Shown: positions 26,968 through 39,395, counted from the whole stretch's first letter. The stretch: DNA of 62,917 nt, filler included, from Octopus bimaculoides (GCF_001194135.2; 6 parts of 5 records of this genome joined end to end with filler, not necessarily neighbours in it), one strand, 5' to 3'. The notes: generated by a model from the sequence alone, not told the origin. Numbers and translations: made by a program.

Positions 26968-27300
26968 GGACCACAAGGCAATCAAAATGCTTATCAACGG
27001 TATTTCCTCCTGGTATTTACGTTATGAGTTCAAATCCCACTGCAGTTGACTTTACTTTTAATCCTTTCAGAGTCGATGAAATAAAGTACCAGTCAAGTGT
27101 CGAGGTCGATGTTATGAACTTGTCCCTTCCCTCAAAATTGCCGGCCCGTGCCAAAATGTGAATCTTTAGGGAGTTGAGCGGGCAGGATCATTAGCGCGTA
27201 AAGATCTGGCTCTTTGCGATCTGAGTTCATATGCCACTGATGTCAACTCTATCTTTCATGCTTTCAGGGTCCATAAAAGAAGTACCAGTTTAGTACTCCA
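26968..27300 (+). mobile_element. Two adjacent diverged SINE family C copies (about 26968-27160 and 27170-27300)
   Basis: GAGTTCAAATCCC...CCTTTCAGAGTCGATGAAATAAAGTACCAG and CTGAGTTCATATGCC...CTTTCAGGGTCCATAAAAGAAGTACCAG. Confidence 0.65.
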
Positions 27301-28143
27301 AAATTTCAGTCCTTTTGCCTATTGTAGAAAGAAACATTTGTTAAGGATCCCCGAAAATGTATGACTGTGTGGATAGTCAAAGATCTTTTTTGTAATCTGT
27401 TTCCTCACAATATATTTTGTACTTGCAGTTTGTCTTAATTTACAAAACATAAACCTTTTTGGGTATACGGGTATTGTGAAAATATACCTCTCGGAATGAC
27501 GACCCTGCACTGTATAATTACGGGTTGCCCTCTAGCAAAGTATAGCACCCGTTCAGCCACTCTGCCAGGGATTCGGCGAAGCTATGGGACTGCAGCATGG
27601 CGGATTGGGAAGAGGTAGAATAAGAGTTCAACTCAGCCAACGGTGCTTCTGACATTGATGCTAAACAGAGGAATCCTAAATGATCAACGGTCAGGATCAC
27701 CAAGCTCTGTCAGAAGAGTAACTGCAACGCGGTGGCCATAGTTGTGTAATCAGCTAATGACAGATTCATTATGGCTCTAGCTCCCGATTAAAATTCATAA
27801 TAATGGGAATGGATGGTGACTTAGAGTCATGGGAATCCCCGAAAGCAATTCGACCAAAGAAGATAATTTTTAGACTCATCTCCATAAACTTAAGTTAGTT
27901 TTAGATCGTGTAAATATTTTTTGGGTGCTATTTACCGCACAGCATTATTTCTCCCTTACAAGAAACGGGGGGAACAGGGTATTAGTCACACTTTCAGATG
28001 TTACTATAGAAATAATTTCCTGAAACAATTAATCAACAGCGATGTTTCTGGCTCTGACATTCAATCCCACTTTCTAATTAAAGACGCACTCTTTGCATCA
28101 TCTGCCATTGAAAGGAGCTCTGTTAAACTTGTCACTCTTTTAA

Positions 28144-28641
28144 ATGCATGGCGGAAATTTTGCGCCTATTTTCCTGTTGGTTGATTTCATTTCTGATGAT
28201 GATGAAAATAAAGTGGATTTTGATGGTTTTAATGTTAAGCAGAGCACAAAAGAAATAATACAGACAGTAGAGACAACGTCCATGGAAAAACCATTATATT
28301 CTCTCTGGGATAACAATATTGATGATTGGTTTGCAGATGACATCGATACTGAATTAACCCCCAACTTTTTCGGATCTGATTATCGACAATATGGTTAATC
28401 TCAAACCTCGAGATGCTTCAATTTTCGACTAAGATTATTATGAGAAAGAAACAATTGAAAAGGTTCCATCTTGCATTGAAAATGGTTCTTTCTTATTTTG
28501 AACAGAATCCAGGTTTTAATCTTCCCTTTCGTTCTTTCTTTTTTTTTTTTCGTTTGTTTTTAAGCAACAAATTATGTAAATGTCTGTATAAAAAATACAA
28601 TTATCTCCACTAAAACAGGCGCCAGTGAAACAAAAGGTTAA
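28144..28641 (+). pseudogene. Possible piggyBac-like remnant (acidic N-terminal region)
   Basis: SDDDENKVDFDGF-type acidic peptide; right end ...GTGAAACAAAAGG|TTAA; no catalytic motif seen. Confidence 0.35.
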
Positions 28642-29081
28642 AATGAATTCCTGAAGAAAGTCGTTTCAAAAAAGGTGCAACTACAGTTCAAAATCCGAAT
28701 AAGAATTTTAAATAATTTTTTTGGAATCGTTTACAAACGAAAAACTTTTTTTGTTTCATTTTCTATCAAAAATTCATTGTTTTGAAATTTTGTATAGTTT
28801 CTTTGTCATTGTAGAATTACCATATAAAAATACCGTACGTAGTGTAAAATTAGAATCTTTTCGTCGATATTGAAAATATATTTTTGTTATTTAATCTGGA
28901 AATGCTTTTGTTTGATTCAGGAACGAAGAAAGAGAAAGTAGGAGCAGAAACGGAGGAAACACTATTTCGGATTTTTTTTTTTTTTTTGTAACGTTCCAAT
29001 GCACACCAGTTTGAACTCAAAACGCATACGCACAATCATATATGTGTATAAACATATATGTATGTATACATATCTACATAT

Positions 29082-29429
29082 AAATATAAACAAACAAATA
29101 TTTGTTCTTTTATTAAAAACGTCCAAAATATATATGACACGATACAAATAAGATTGTACTTTCAAAAGTAGAGTTACCGTTAGAACAGACTCGAACACGT
29201 AACATTCAAAGACTCTGAATGAATGCTCTACCATTAAGCTAACAGCCTGCAGACAAATTCACCGCCAAATTTAGACACTAAAATCTTTAGCTTTATGGAA
29301 CAACTATGTGTGTGTATAAATGTAAACAAACAGATATTTGTTCTTTTATTAGAAGCATCAAAAATGTGTATTCTACAATACAAATAAGAGGATTCTTTTT
29401 CAAAGGCAGAGTTGCCGTTAGACTAGCTG
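29082..29429. repeat. ~240-bp tandem repeat (about 1.5 units visible, runs into a gap)
   Basis: AAACAAACAAATATTTGTTCTTTTATTA...GAGTTACCGTTAGA is repeated at about 29088 and 29326. Confidence 0.75.
29177..29247 (-). pseudogene. tRNA-like pseudogene inside the tandem unit
   Basis: Reverse complement GGCTGTTAGCTTAATGGTAGAGC...GTGTTCGAGTCTGTTCTAACGG: A box, D arm, B box, 71 nt; T and acceptor stems imperfect. Confidence 0.6.
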
Positions 29430-29848
29430 NNNNNNNNNNNNNNNNNNNNNNNNNNNNNNNNNNNNNNNNNNNNNNNNNNNNNNNNNNNNNNNNNNNNNNN
29501 NNNNNNNNNNNNNNNNNNNNNNNNNNNNNNNNNNNNNNNNNNNNNNNNNNNNNNNNNNNNNNNNNNNNNNNNNNNNNNNNNNNNNNNNNNNNNNNNNNNN
29601 NNNNNNNNNNNNNNNNNNNNNNNNNNNNNNNNNNNNNNNNNNNNNNNNNNNNNNNNNNNNNNNNNNNNNNNNNNNNNNNNNNNNNNNNNNNNNNNNNNNN
29701 NNNNNNNNNNNNNNNNNNNNNNNNNNNNNNNNNNNNNNNNNNNNNNNNNNNNNNNNNNNNNNNNNNNNNNNNNNNNNNNNNNNNNNNNNNNNNNNNNNNN
29801 NNNNNNNNNNNNNNNNNNNNNNNNNNNNNNNNNNNNNNNNNNNNNNNN

Positions 29849-29886
<38 letters not shown>

Positions 29887-30094
29887 AAGTTACTTGGAAA
29901 CGGACGCGTGGCGTTCGATCATATAATAATATAAATAATATATAAATATATGCATATATTCATACATATATGTACATACCTACATCTATATTTATACATA
30001 TATGCATATATGGGTGAGAGATTTCGAAATGCAATATTTCTAATTTTGTAGATCTGTGAATTTATTTCACTTGAAATTCTATGCGTGTTCAACA

Positions 30095-30317
30095 GCGATT
30101 TAGCACCAACAGCTAGCAAGGCCAAGCTACTCCAGACTGATGAAGGGCAACTACCCCGAAACTAGTCTCTGGATGCTGGCTTTGTTGGGTGGAGGTGCTT
30201 ATCTACTCTGTTTGAAAAATTAAAGACACAGAACGCTTGTGTCACGTAGCTAACTAGAAACGGTGTTCCTTGGGGCTAAATAGCAATGGCATTCCTCCCT
30301 TTCCTGGGAGGCCATGT
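30095..30317 (+). mobile_element. Partial hammerhead-containing repeat unit (retrozyme-like), diverged relative of 48981-49703
   Basis: Downstream blocks (GACACAG, TGTGTCACGTAGCTAACTA, GGGGCTAAAT...GCATTC...GCCATGT) align with the 49-kb unit. Confidence 0.75.
30131..30173 (+). ncRNA. Minimal type I hammerhead ribozyme
   Basis: TCCAGA-CTGATGA-AGGG-CAACTA-CCCC-GAAA-CTAGT-C-TCTGGA: 6-bp stem I, intact core, GUC cleavage triplet, palindromic stem III ACTAGT. Confidence 0.85.
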
Positions 30318-30640
30318 ATTGTTTGGGACAGACAAAAAAATGTATGTATCGTAATGCAGGTTAGCTTGTCTGCTGGCATGAAATATCTCTTAGAAAATCA
30401 AAGAGAAAGAAGATAGCTATGAGCAACGGCTTCGAAATGTCCAGCTTCTATATCCGGCTTGCTAATTTGCCGATAATGATTGGAGCACTTAGTTTTGTAA
30501 GTAAATGCCTATCTGTCAGTCTGGATCAGCTTGGATTTTCAGTAAAAGAAATCAACCAACTGCTTTGCATATTACAAATACAATCTGTAAGCGGAACTGT
30601 AAAACTATGCAAGACTTTTCTCAGATTTAAAATGTGACAT
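30318..30640 (+). pseudogene. 3' end of an RLE-type LINE (NeSL/R4-like), 5'-truncated
   Basis: IVWDRQKNVCIVMQVS, SYEQRLRNVQLLYP and LPIMIGALSFV...LQIQSVSGTVKLCKTFLRFKM*. Confidence 0.7.
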
Positions 30641-30753
30641 TGTTTTCCCTATCTACATTCCAGAAATGGAGTTTTGTATCTGTTGGAAACTAGTTCCTTC
30701 TTCATTGGAATAATTTCAATTAAATACAGAAAGACATACACACACATACATAC

Positions 30754-30784
<31 letters not shown>

Positions 30785-30786
30785 CA

Positions 30787-30822
<36 letters not shown>

Positions 30823-31808
30823 TATATACATTCACACACATACATATATACATCCATTCATCCACCCATACATACATACAAACGTACACAAATACACACA
30901 TATACATATATGCATACATACATATATACATACATGCATAGGTACATAGACATACATACATATACATGCATGTTTACATACATACATGCAAGCATCCAAA
31001 CAAACATACATACACATAACACGATACAAGCATATATAATAAAATTTCAAAACAGGACAACCACAACCAGAAAACACAACCNNNNNNNNNNNNNNNNNNN
31101 NNNNNNNNNNNNNNNNNNNNNNNNNNNNNNNNNNNNNNNNNNNNNNNNNNNNNNNNNNNNNNNNNNNNNNNNNNNNNNNNNNNNNNNNNNNNNNNNNNNN
31201 NNNNNNNNNNNNNNNNNNNNNNNNNNNNNNNNNNNNNNNNNNNNNNNNNNNNNNNNNNNNNNNNNNNNNNNNNNNNNNNNNNNNNNNNNNNNNNNNNNNN
31301 NNNNAGCATATATAATAAAATTTCAAAACAGGACAACCACAACCAGAAAACACAACCACAACAAAAAAAAACACAACCACAACACAAAAGTACAACAACA
31401 GCAATAAAAACAGTGAAGCAATTAAGAACTTATTTGAAGATTAAACTAACACAGGAATTCATGGTTTTCGAATTGCTGTCTTTCCAATCATGAAAAGATC
31501 AAATAGTACGCCATTGCTGTTTCATGCTGTAGCGGTTTAAGTCACCAAATTTAATGTCGGTGTTTTCAGTTAATAATGCCAGAATACTACAGCTTTTAAG
31601 CAATTGCACTCCGAGCTAGACTAGGATAATGGCTTCTCATCAATGGTTCACAAACGGCTTTAGGAATTTAGGAATAAGTGTATTTATAGTGCATTTATAG
31701 GTGTGAGAGATTGGATTACTGTATACGTTTGCATGTGTGTATATATGTGTGCGTGTCTATGTACATGTGTGCGCATGTACGTATCCATGTATATGTGTGC
31801 TTTTGCGT

Positions 31809-31858
<50 letters not shown>

Positions 31859-32413
31859 GTGTGCGTGTACATTTATATATGTGCATGTACATAGGTATTT
31901 ATATGCATAGCATGTACCTATACATGTTTGCGTGTATGTATATATGTATATCTGTATATGCAAAGACAGAGAAATTTATATATATACATACATATATATA
32001 CACATATATATATACGTGCATACATACATGCATACATACATCTACAATATACATGCATATGTATTTACGCATAAATGTTCATGTATATGTGTATATGTTT
32101 GCATGCATGTATACACACACACACACATATGTTATGCATGTGTATACATGCATATGCATATGTATGTATGTGTCTGTGTACGTGTGTGTAGGTGTGTAAA
32201 TGAATAAATGCATTTATATAGACGTTATATGAGATTAGGTCAATTGCTTAAGCGTGATCTTTAAGTAGTTGGACTTAAATACACGAAAGACCATCATTTA
32301 TCATCATTTCTACTACTTAAAATATGATTTACATTCACTGGTGTTAAATCAACGAAAGTAGTAGTGTTTGTAAGGAATCTGTGCATCTATGTGCGTCTAT
32401 ATGCCTGCATATA

Positions 32414-32799
32414 GTGGAGGCGCAATAGCCCAGTGGTTAGGGCAGCGGATTCGCGGTCATAGGATCGTGGTTTCGATTCCCAGACCGAGAGTTGTGAGTG
32501 TTTATTGAGCGAAAACACCTAAAGCTCCACGAGGCTCCGGCAAAGGATGGTGGCGAACCCTGCTGTACTCTTTCACCACAACTTTCTCTCACTGTTACTT
32601 CCTGTTTCTGTTGTGCCTGTAATTCAAAGGGGCCAGCTCTGTCACACTCTGTGTCACGCTGAATATCCCTGAGAACTACGTTAAGGGTACACGTGTCTGT
32701 GGAGTGCTCAGCTACTTGCACGTTAATTTCACGAGCAGGCTGTTCCGTTGATCGGATCAATTGGAACCCTCGTCGTCGTAAGCGACACAGTGCCAACAC
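32414..32799 (+). mobile_element. Full-length tRNA-derived SINE (family D) with 15-bp TSD
   Basis: A box TAGCCCAGTGG, B box GGTTTCGATTCCC; TSD ATATGCCTGCATATA at 32399-32413 and 32800-32814. Confidence 0.92.
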
Positions 32800-32814
32800 A
32801 TATGCCTGCATATA

Positions 32815-32852
<38 letters not shown>

Positions 32853-33107
32853 NNNNNNNNNNNNNNNNNNNNNNNNNNNNNNNNNNNNNNNNNNNNTTAA
32901 TTAATTAANNNNNNNNNNNNNNNNNNNNNNNNNNNNNNNNNNNNNNNNNNNNAGATAACTTCTAATTTTTAAATGAATTTAGATTAACTAACTTTAAAAT
33001 CTCGATTTATGTTGTGCTGAAGAGCCTAGAAAGAGTTCGAAATAGTGTTATCCACGGCTATCTCATGAAAAGAAAATTTATATGGAAAAATTCATATGCT
33101 CTTTTCA

Positions 33108-33243
33108 CAATTCCGCCGAGGTCGGCTTTGCCTTTCATCCTTTCGGAGTCGATAAATTAAGTACCAGTTGCGTACTAGGGTCGATCTAATCAACTGGCCC
33201 CCTCCCCAATAATTTCGGGCCTTGTGCCTAGAGTAGAAAAGAA
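33108..33243 (+). mobile_element. SINE family C, 3' part
   Basis: TTCCGCCGAGGTCGGCTTTGCCTTTCATCCTTTCGGAGTCGATAAATTAAGTACCAG. Confidence 0.85.
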
Positions 33244-33639
33244 TATTCATATGCTCCTTTCACTCCCTGAAGTTGATTTCTCAATATATGAAAAATATAC
33301 TTAGAAACGATTCTCTCCCTTGAAGTAATATACTCTCTTCTTATGTAGCAACTCCCATTATTCCCACCACGTGGTCGAATTTCAAATGCTATCCAAAGAA
33401 ACTGATGACAAAGTGTCAAGGCGAAATGATTCTAAATCATCTCGACGGATATGAAAATACAGCCATAAATTCCTTATTTGCACTCGGGAAGAACATATGA
33501 GGCCTTGTGTATACGTCCGAGTGAAAACATTGAAAGTAACTACACAAAGAAGCATTATACAAGGCAAATCTGTACTGGAACTTTTTAAAAGAAAACAAAA
33601 ACACACAAGATTTTTGAAACACATGTAAGGTGTCTTTTT

Positions 33640-33860
33640 TCCCTTTATCTCTGTATCTCTTCCCTTCATTCCAAAGAATGGACTAAACAGAACGGGAGGA
33701 TACACGTGGGATAGAAGAGTCGCTGAAGAGGTCACAGATGTATGACAAAAGATTTCCAGAGAATGGATATAAAATAAAATAAGAACTATAATGAACGAGT
33801 AAAGAACAAATAGATAGTGTGTGTGTTTATTTGCCAAGAAAAATGACCATCCTCAAAAAA
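33640..33860 (+). repeat. Dispersed repeat with a hammerhead-like motif; second copy at about 37410-37600
   Basis: GAATGGACTA...CTGAAGAGGTCACAGATGT...GATTTCCAGA...AAATGAC is shared by both copies. Confidence 0.75.
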
Positions 33861-33909
33861 CGCTTCTGTAGTTACGTTTCCTTTCTCAGTCAGTGCCTCA
33901 CCACCAGAG

Positions 33910-36845
33910 ATGTGGCCCGCAGACCTTTACAAGGCTGAAGCTCTCCGTCAACTTCAAGACACCTTCTATTGCCTTCTACCCTCCAACCCCACGCCTAACT
34001 ACCAACAGACTGTCTTCCACTATTCATGAGCACATTTCCTCCTCCCGTCTCCCTCCCACCACCTCCAACCTCATTGTCCGAACCCACACACCCTCACTAT
34101 TTACTTCCTTCCCCAAATGCACAAGCCCAACAACCCTGGCCGCCCCATCGTCTCTGCCTGCTACTGCCCCACGGAAATGATCTCCAAATACCTCGACCGT
34201 GNNNNNNNNNNNNNNNNNNNNNNNNNNNNNNNNNNNNNNNNNNNNNNNNNNNNNNNNNNNNNNNNNNNNNNNNNNNNNNNNNNNNNNNNNNNNNNNNNNN
34301 NNNNNNNNNNNNNNNNNNNNNNNNNNNNNNNNNNNNNNNNNNNNNNNNNNNNNNNNNNNNNNNNNNNNNNNNNNNNNNNNNNNNNNNNNNNNNNNNNNNN
34401 NNNNNNNNNNNNNNNNNNNNNNNNNNNNNNNNNNNNNNNNNNNNNNNNNNNNNNNNNNNNNNNNNNNNNNNNNNNNNNNNNNNNNNNNNNGGTCGAACTT
34501 GTCCTCTCCTTCAACTGCTTCTTGTTCGCGGGGGAGTTTTACCAACATATTTCGAGAGTGGTCATGGGAACGAGAATGTTGCCCCTCCTATGCGAACCTG
34601 TTCGTTGGCTACGTTGAGGCCAAAAATATTTTTACAATTCACTGGTCCCACTCCCGAACTATACGGTCGTTATATCAATGATTGTATCGGCGCGACCTCA
34701 CTCTCCTGCGGACAACTGGACTCCTTCCTCTCCTTCCTCTCCTTTGTCCAATCTTTCCATCCTGCCCTCGAATTCTCCTGCACTATCTCTAACTCTTCTG
34801 TCGAATTTCTCGACATTTGTGTCAGCTTACATTACTCCGTTCTCAATACTTCCATCCACTACAGACACACTGACTCATATTCCTTCCTTAATTTCTCCTC
34901 TTCCCACACTACCCACACTAAGCTCTCCATTCCTTACTTCCAATTCCTCCGTCTACGCAGGCTCTGCATTGAAGACCATGACTTTGATATTCAGCCTGAA
35001 CTCATGACTCGCCACCTAATCCTACGTGGATATTCCCTCATTATTATCCACAGAGGCACGATCAGTGGACTGTGCCTCTGCTCTTTCTCCTCACCCTTAC
35101 CTGTCCTCCGTTTCCTCTCACTTGCCACCACTCTACCCTACCCCTCCAACGCATCATTCTCCGAGCCTTCTGGCGACTCCAGTCCGACACTTCCACCTCG
35201 TACATCTTCCCTAACTTACCCATACCCTCCTCCAAACGAGCTCAAAACCTGCGTGNNNNNNNNNNNNNNNNNNNNNNNNNNNNNNNNNNNNNNNNNNNNN
35301 NNNNNNNNNNNNNNNNNNNNNNNNNNNNNNNNNNNNNNNNNNNNNNNNNNNNNNNNNNNNNNNNNNNNNNNNNNNNNNNNNNNNNNNNNNNNNNNNNNNN
35401 NNNNNNNNNNNNNNNNNNNNNNNNNNNNNNNNNNNNNNNNNNNNNNNNNNNNNNNNNNNNNNNNNNNNNNNNNNNNNNNNNNNNNNNNNNNNNNNNNNCA
35501 TCACCCTCGTCTTCCAGCCTGGCCCCTTCCCTTCCCCTCCCCACACTGTCGCACCTGCCTCTACCTCTCCAGTAACATCAACCTCACCGGCACCCAGCAC
35601 CGTCCTTATCACATCACCAATTCCTTTACCTGCACCTCTAGTAATGTTATTTACTGCATCTCCTGCTCTCTCTGTCCTTCCCAGTACATTGGTCAGACCG
35701 CATGGCTGATCGGTTCGCGGACACCAGACTTGGCAATGACATCCCAGCCTCGCGCCACCTCCCCTCTACCGGTCATTCGCTACATCTGTCTGTGTTCGGA
35801 CTGTTTCTGCACAGGGGCCGTCTTTGCTGTGAACAAACTAATCTTCTCTCTTCGCTCCTTTTCAATTCTTGGACTCAACTCTCCTCCTCTCTTCATCTGA
35901 CACCATCCTCACACGGTTTCCCACACATCTCCCATATTTAACTGCCCCCTCCTCCTATACATCTGCATACCGCCTACCTCGGTACCCTCACCACATACGC
36001 ACTACTATACAAACATCCATGCACACTGTTCAACTTATCACTCACCTCACACACCACTACACATGCACTCACAACACCTTTCCACACCTTCTCACTACTC
36101 AGCACCCATACCATACACCAACATCCACACACCCACACACAATCTTCAATAACGTCACCACGCATACCGCTATGCGAACAATCACACGCACTGTTTAACT
36201 CAGCACAGACACACACCCTCGTGCACACTTGCATACCCACACAAGCACATAATACCTGAACACAGACAATATATACACACATAGGCAACACGCATAGACA
36301 TAGATAACTTTCGCCCACAAATTTACACTATACACATGCACACTATTTGGTCACAAACACACACACACACATCATACAAGTATGTGCATAAACAACTTGG
36401 AAAAGCACACATGAATTGCTACACACAACACACACGTTACACCAACACACACGTTACACCAACACACACACACACGTCAGACTCACTCGCCCCATTCACA
36501 CATACACACACACACCAATCTCACATACATACACACGCTTGTGCACCTTAGTTCGTTGGGATCACCATTATTATCACCCTTTCATTCGACCTATTTTTAT
36601 TAATGTTATCTCACTTTCATTCGACCTCTTCTATTCTAGTTATTCCACCATGCTGGACCGCTGAACTCTACACAACTTTTCTCTCCCCTTTTTTTCGTTC
36701 TATTTTTTCTCTCTCTATCTTTTCCTGTTATTCCTTTCTGTCAAAGAGTGTAGGCTCGAACCGTAAAAGACTTTTCTATTTTTCTCGAGCATTAAACTAA
36801 AACACCTGCTTGTTGCTCCTACACCTGTCTTCGCCGTTTGTCTAG
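33910..36845 (+). mobile_element. Penelope-like element: RT, GIY-YIG, CA-rich 3' region and terminal repeat (decayed, gapped)
   Basis: [49 protein letters not shown] and FTCTSSNVIYCISCSLCPSQYIGQT. Confidence 0.93.
36734..36769 (+). ncRNA. Degenerate hammerhead-like motif in the PLE terminal repeat
   Basis: CTTT-CTGTCAA-A-GAG-TGTAGG-CTC-GAAC-CGT-A-AAAG; homologous to 52270-52305. Confidence 0.5.
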
Positions 36846-39081
36846 AATAGAGATAACAGACCGCCAACGAAATCTTTTGTTCTCAACAATATGTCTATCC
36901 TTCTGGTTGGTTTTGGATAGTTATGAAAGCAAGAACTCTGTAAGCCAAAGTTAGTTAGTGAGAACTGAGTCTGGCTGACCGGCTGAACAAAACGCCGTCT
37001 CTGAAGGAAAAGGTAGAAAGGGACAACTATAGTAACTCACCAACGAAGCGTTTGTTTCATCCCACCACTTTCACTTTCACTAACTCACTTTCTTTTCTTT
37101 GTAACATTACCATATCTCTCTTTGTAATATGATCACTACTGATATTTCATTCATTTTCTAATACAATTCCCATACTATGCATAATAGTACAAATGACCAA
37201 AAAATTAAAGACTTATGTTGACCATGTGTGTAAATGGCCCATATCAAATTTCAACACAACATTTAGGGAATACGTTTATGAATTTGTTTTGCAAAATTCC
37301 TGATGTGAAATCGTGTGTAGAAACAGATATTGCTATTTTTCGGGATGGCTTTCTTTTTCTCTTTGTTTTTTTGCGAGATAAAAATACGCACTATATATTC
37401 GTTCTTCACTCGTTTATTATTGAATGGACTAGGCAGAGCAGGAGGATACCCGTAGATAGAAAGGGACGCTGAAAAGTTCACAGATGTGTGACGAAAGATT
37501 TCCAGACTATGGACATAATAAGATAAAATAAGAACAATAACAAGCGAGTGAAGAACATATGTAGTGTGTCTGCTTATTTGAAAAAAAAAATGACTATCTC
37601 GAAATATAACAATATTTAGAGAATATCTAATTTAAATCAATACAAATATGTTCATGTGTGTTGTTGACCTGATTACAAACACTAATGTTTTATGACTGTT
37701 CTTTTCTTAATTTCGGCCAGCCTATCCTCGTTCTATCGAGTGCCTCCCCTCTATTCTTTTTGTTCCTTCCTCTCTTCTTTTCTTTCCCTCTCTTCACCTT
37801 AGTCCTTCCCTTCCAAATCATCACTTGTCTTCTTTCCTCTTTATCTCTTTTCCACTTTCCTCTTTTCTTTTCTTTTCCTCTCTCTCCCATGCATGTACCA
37901 TTCCTTCAGTGTTCTGGTTTGTTATAATCAGAAATAGCCCTGACGAAAGTAGCATTAATTTTTTCGGTCGTTCAACTTTTTTCAACTGATCAATAAATTA
38001 ATTGAGAAACCTATCAGTAACGAGCCTAAAATGACTACTGGAAACAGCTGTAAGCCAAATTTACTCCAATAAAGGAAAACTATGTAATGACCATTATTTA
38101 TACGTTGTCGTGTGTGTGTGTGTGTTTGTGTGTGCGTGTGTGCAGGTAGATAGATTGGTAGATAGATAAATATATAATAGATAAATAATAGATAGATAAA
38201 TAATAGATAGATAAGTAGATAGATAGATAAATAGATAGATAGATAAATAGGTAGATAGATGCATATATATACACACACACATACATACATACATACATAC
38301 ATACATACATACATACATACATACATACATACATGCGCATACATGCATACATACATACATATTTGGATATATGTGGACCAGATTTTCTTTTAAGCATGTT
38401 TCATTAACATACAACTATGTTCAAGTTTATCTTTTTATTTCAGACGTCTTATATTTTCGCATTAACATTTTACAGTTGGTTTTGAACAGTAGAATTCGTA
38501 AATCCATATTCAACGTGTCTACGCTTCCACAGTCTTATTTCGAAGAATTGAATTTGGTGTTTATGTTGTTTCTTATATATTGATTGAATTCGAGTAGATT
38601 TCCCTACGAAACGTTTATTGATCGTTGGCATCATGCACCAGCTGTCATATGCTGATTTATTTGTGGTGGTCGAATTTTAGCCGTTTGGTTTTATTTTTTA
38701 TGTCAGTAGCCACGTGTTAATCTTTTACGTGTGTTTGTGTGTTAAATTTGGTATTGTACTATGATCTGAATATAGTTTTCATAATTAGTCTTGTGTTTTT
38801 GTGTGGAATTTTATGAAGTATTTGTAAATTTTCCTTCAGTATTTTCATATCTAATTTCGCTTGTTGTGCGTGGTGTAATGTTGTACAAAAGCTCCTTATT
38901 GCAAGTGCATGGTGAGTTTGTGTGAGAGTGTTGCATAGTTATGGAATGCAACAGCTAATGTCCTGAAGTTTGCAACTTACATTTTTACCGTCAAATTTAC
39001 AAACCACGCTGGGGTTCCGCAGTTTGTTGAGAACAATGTAGTGTTTTACGTTTGTTCAACTTATGTTATTGTTACTTGGAA

Positions 39082-39358
39082 GCACTAAGTTCCAAGTTCG
39101 AACTCACTGCATGATATCTTTAGAAAGTATTATTTTCTACAATAGTCTCGGGTTGACCTAAACCGTGTGAATGAAAATGGATCCAGAGAAATTCTGCTCG
39201 TCAGGCAGAATGTACATGTAATTTAATGGGTACAACATTGTTCCACACTGTGTTACTCTGATACTGCCTGAGAATTACGTTGCACAACTGTCTGCTGGAT
39301 GCTCTGCTGCTTGCGCCTTAATTCAAGAGCAACTGCATCCTCATCATTGAACGACGTC

Positions 39359-39360
<2 letters not shown>
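39082..39360 (+). mobile_element. Old SINE remnants (family A about 39082-39190; family D about 39204-39360)
   Basis: Diverged matches to 56203-56357 and to 32620-32790. Confidence 0.55.

Positions 39361-39395
<35 letters not shown>

Noticed and set aside
31028-31378. Identical ~55-bp sequence on both sides of a gap
   Set aside because: Most simply an unmerged contig overlap or collapsed minisatellite
32414-32490. tRNA gene
   Set aside because: The tRNA-like head continues into a 300-bp body bounded by TSDs, so it is a SINE
34026-35900. 624-aa ORF as an intact protein
   Set aside because: Spans two gaps and only partly follows the true PLE frame; the element is frameshifted
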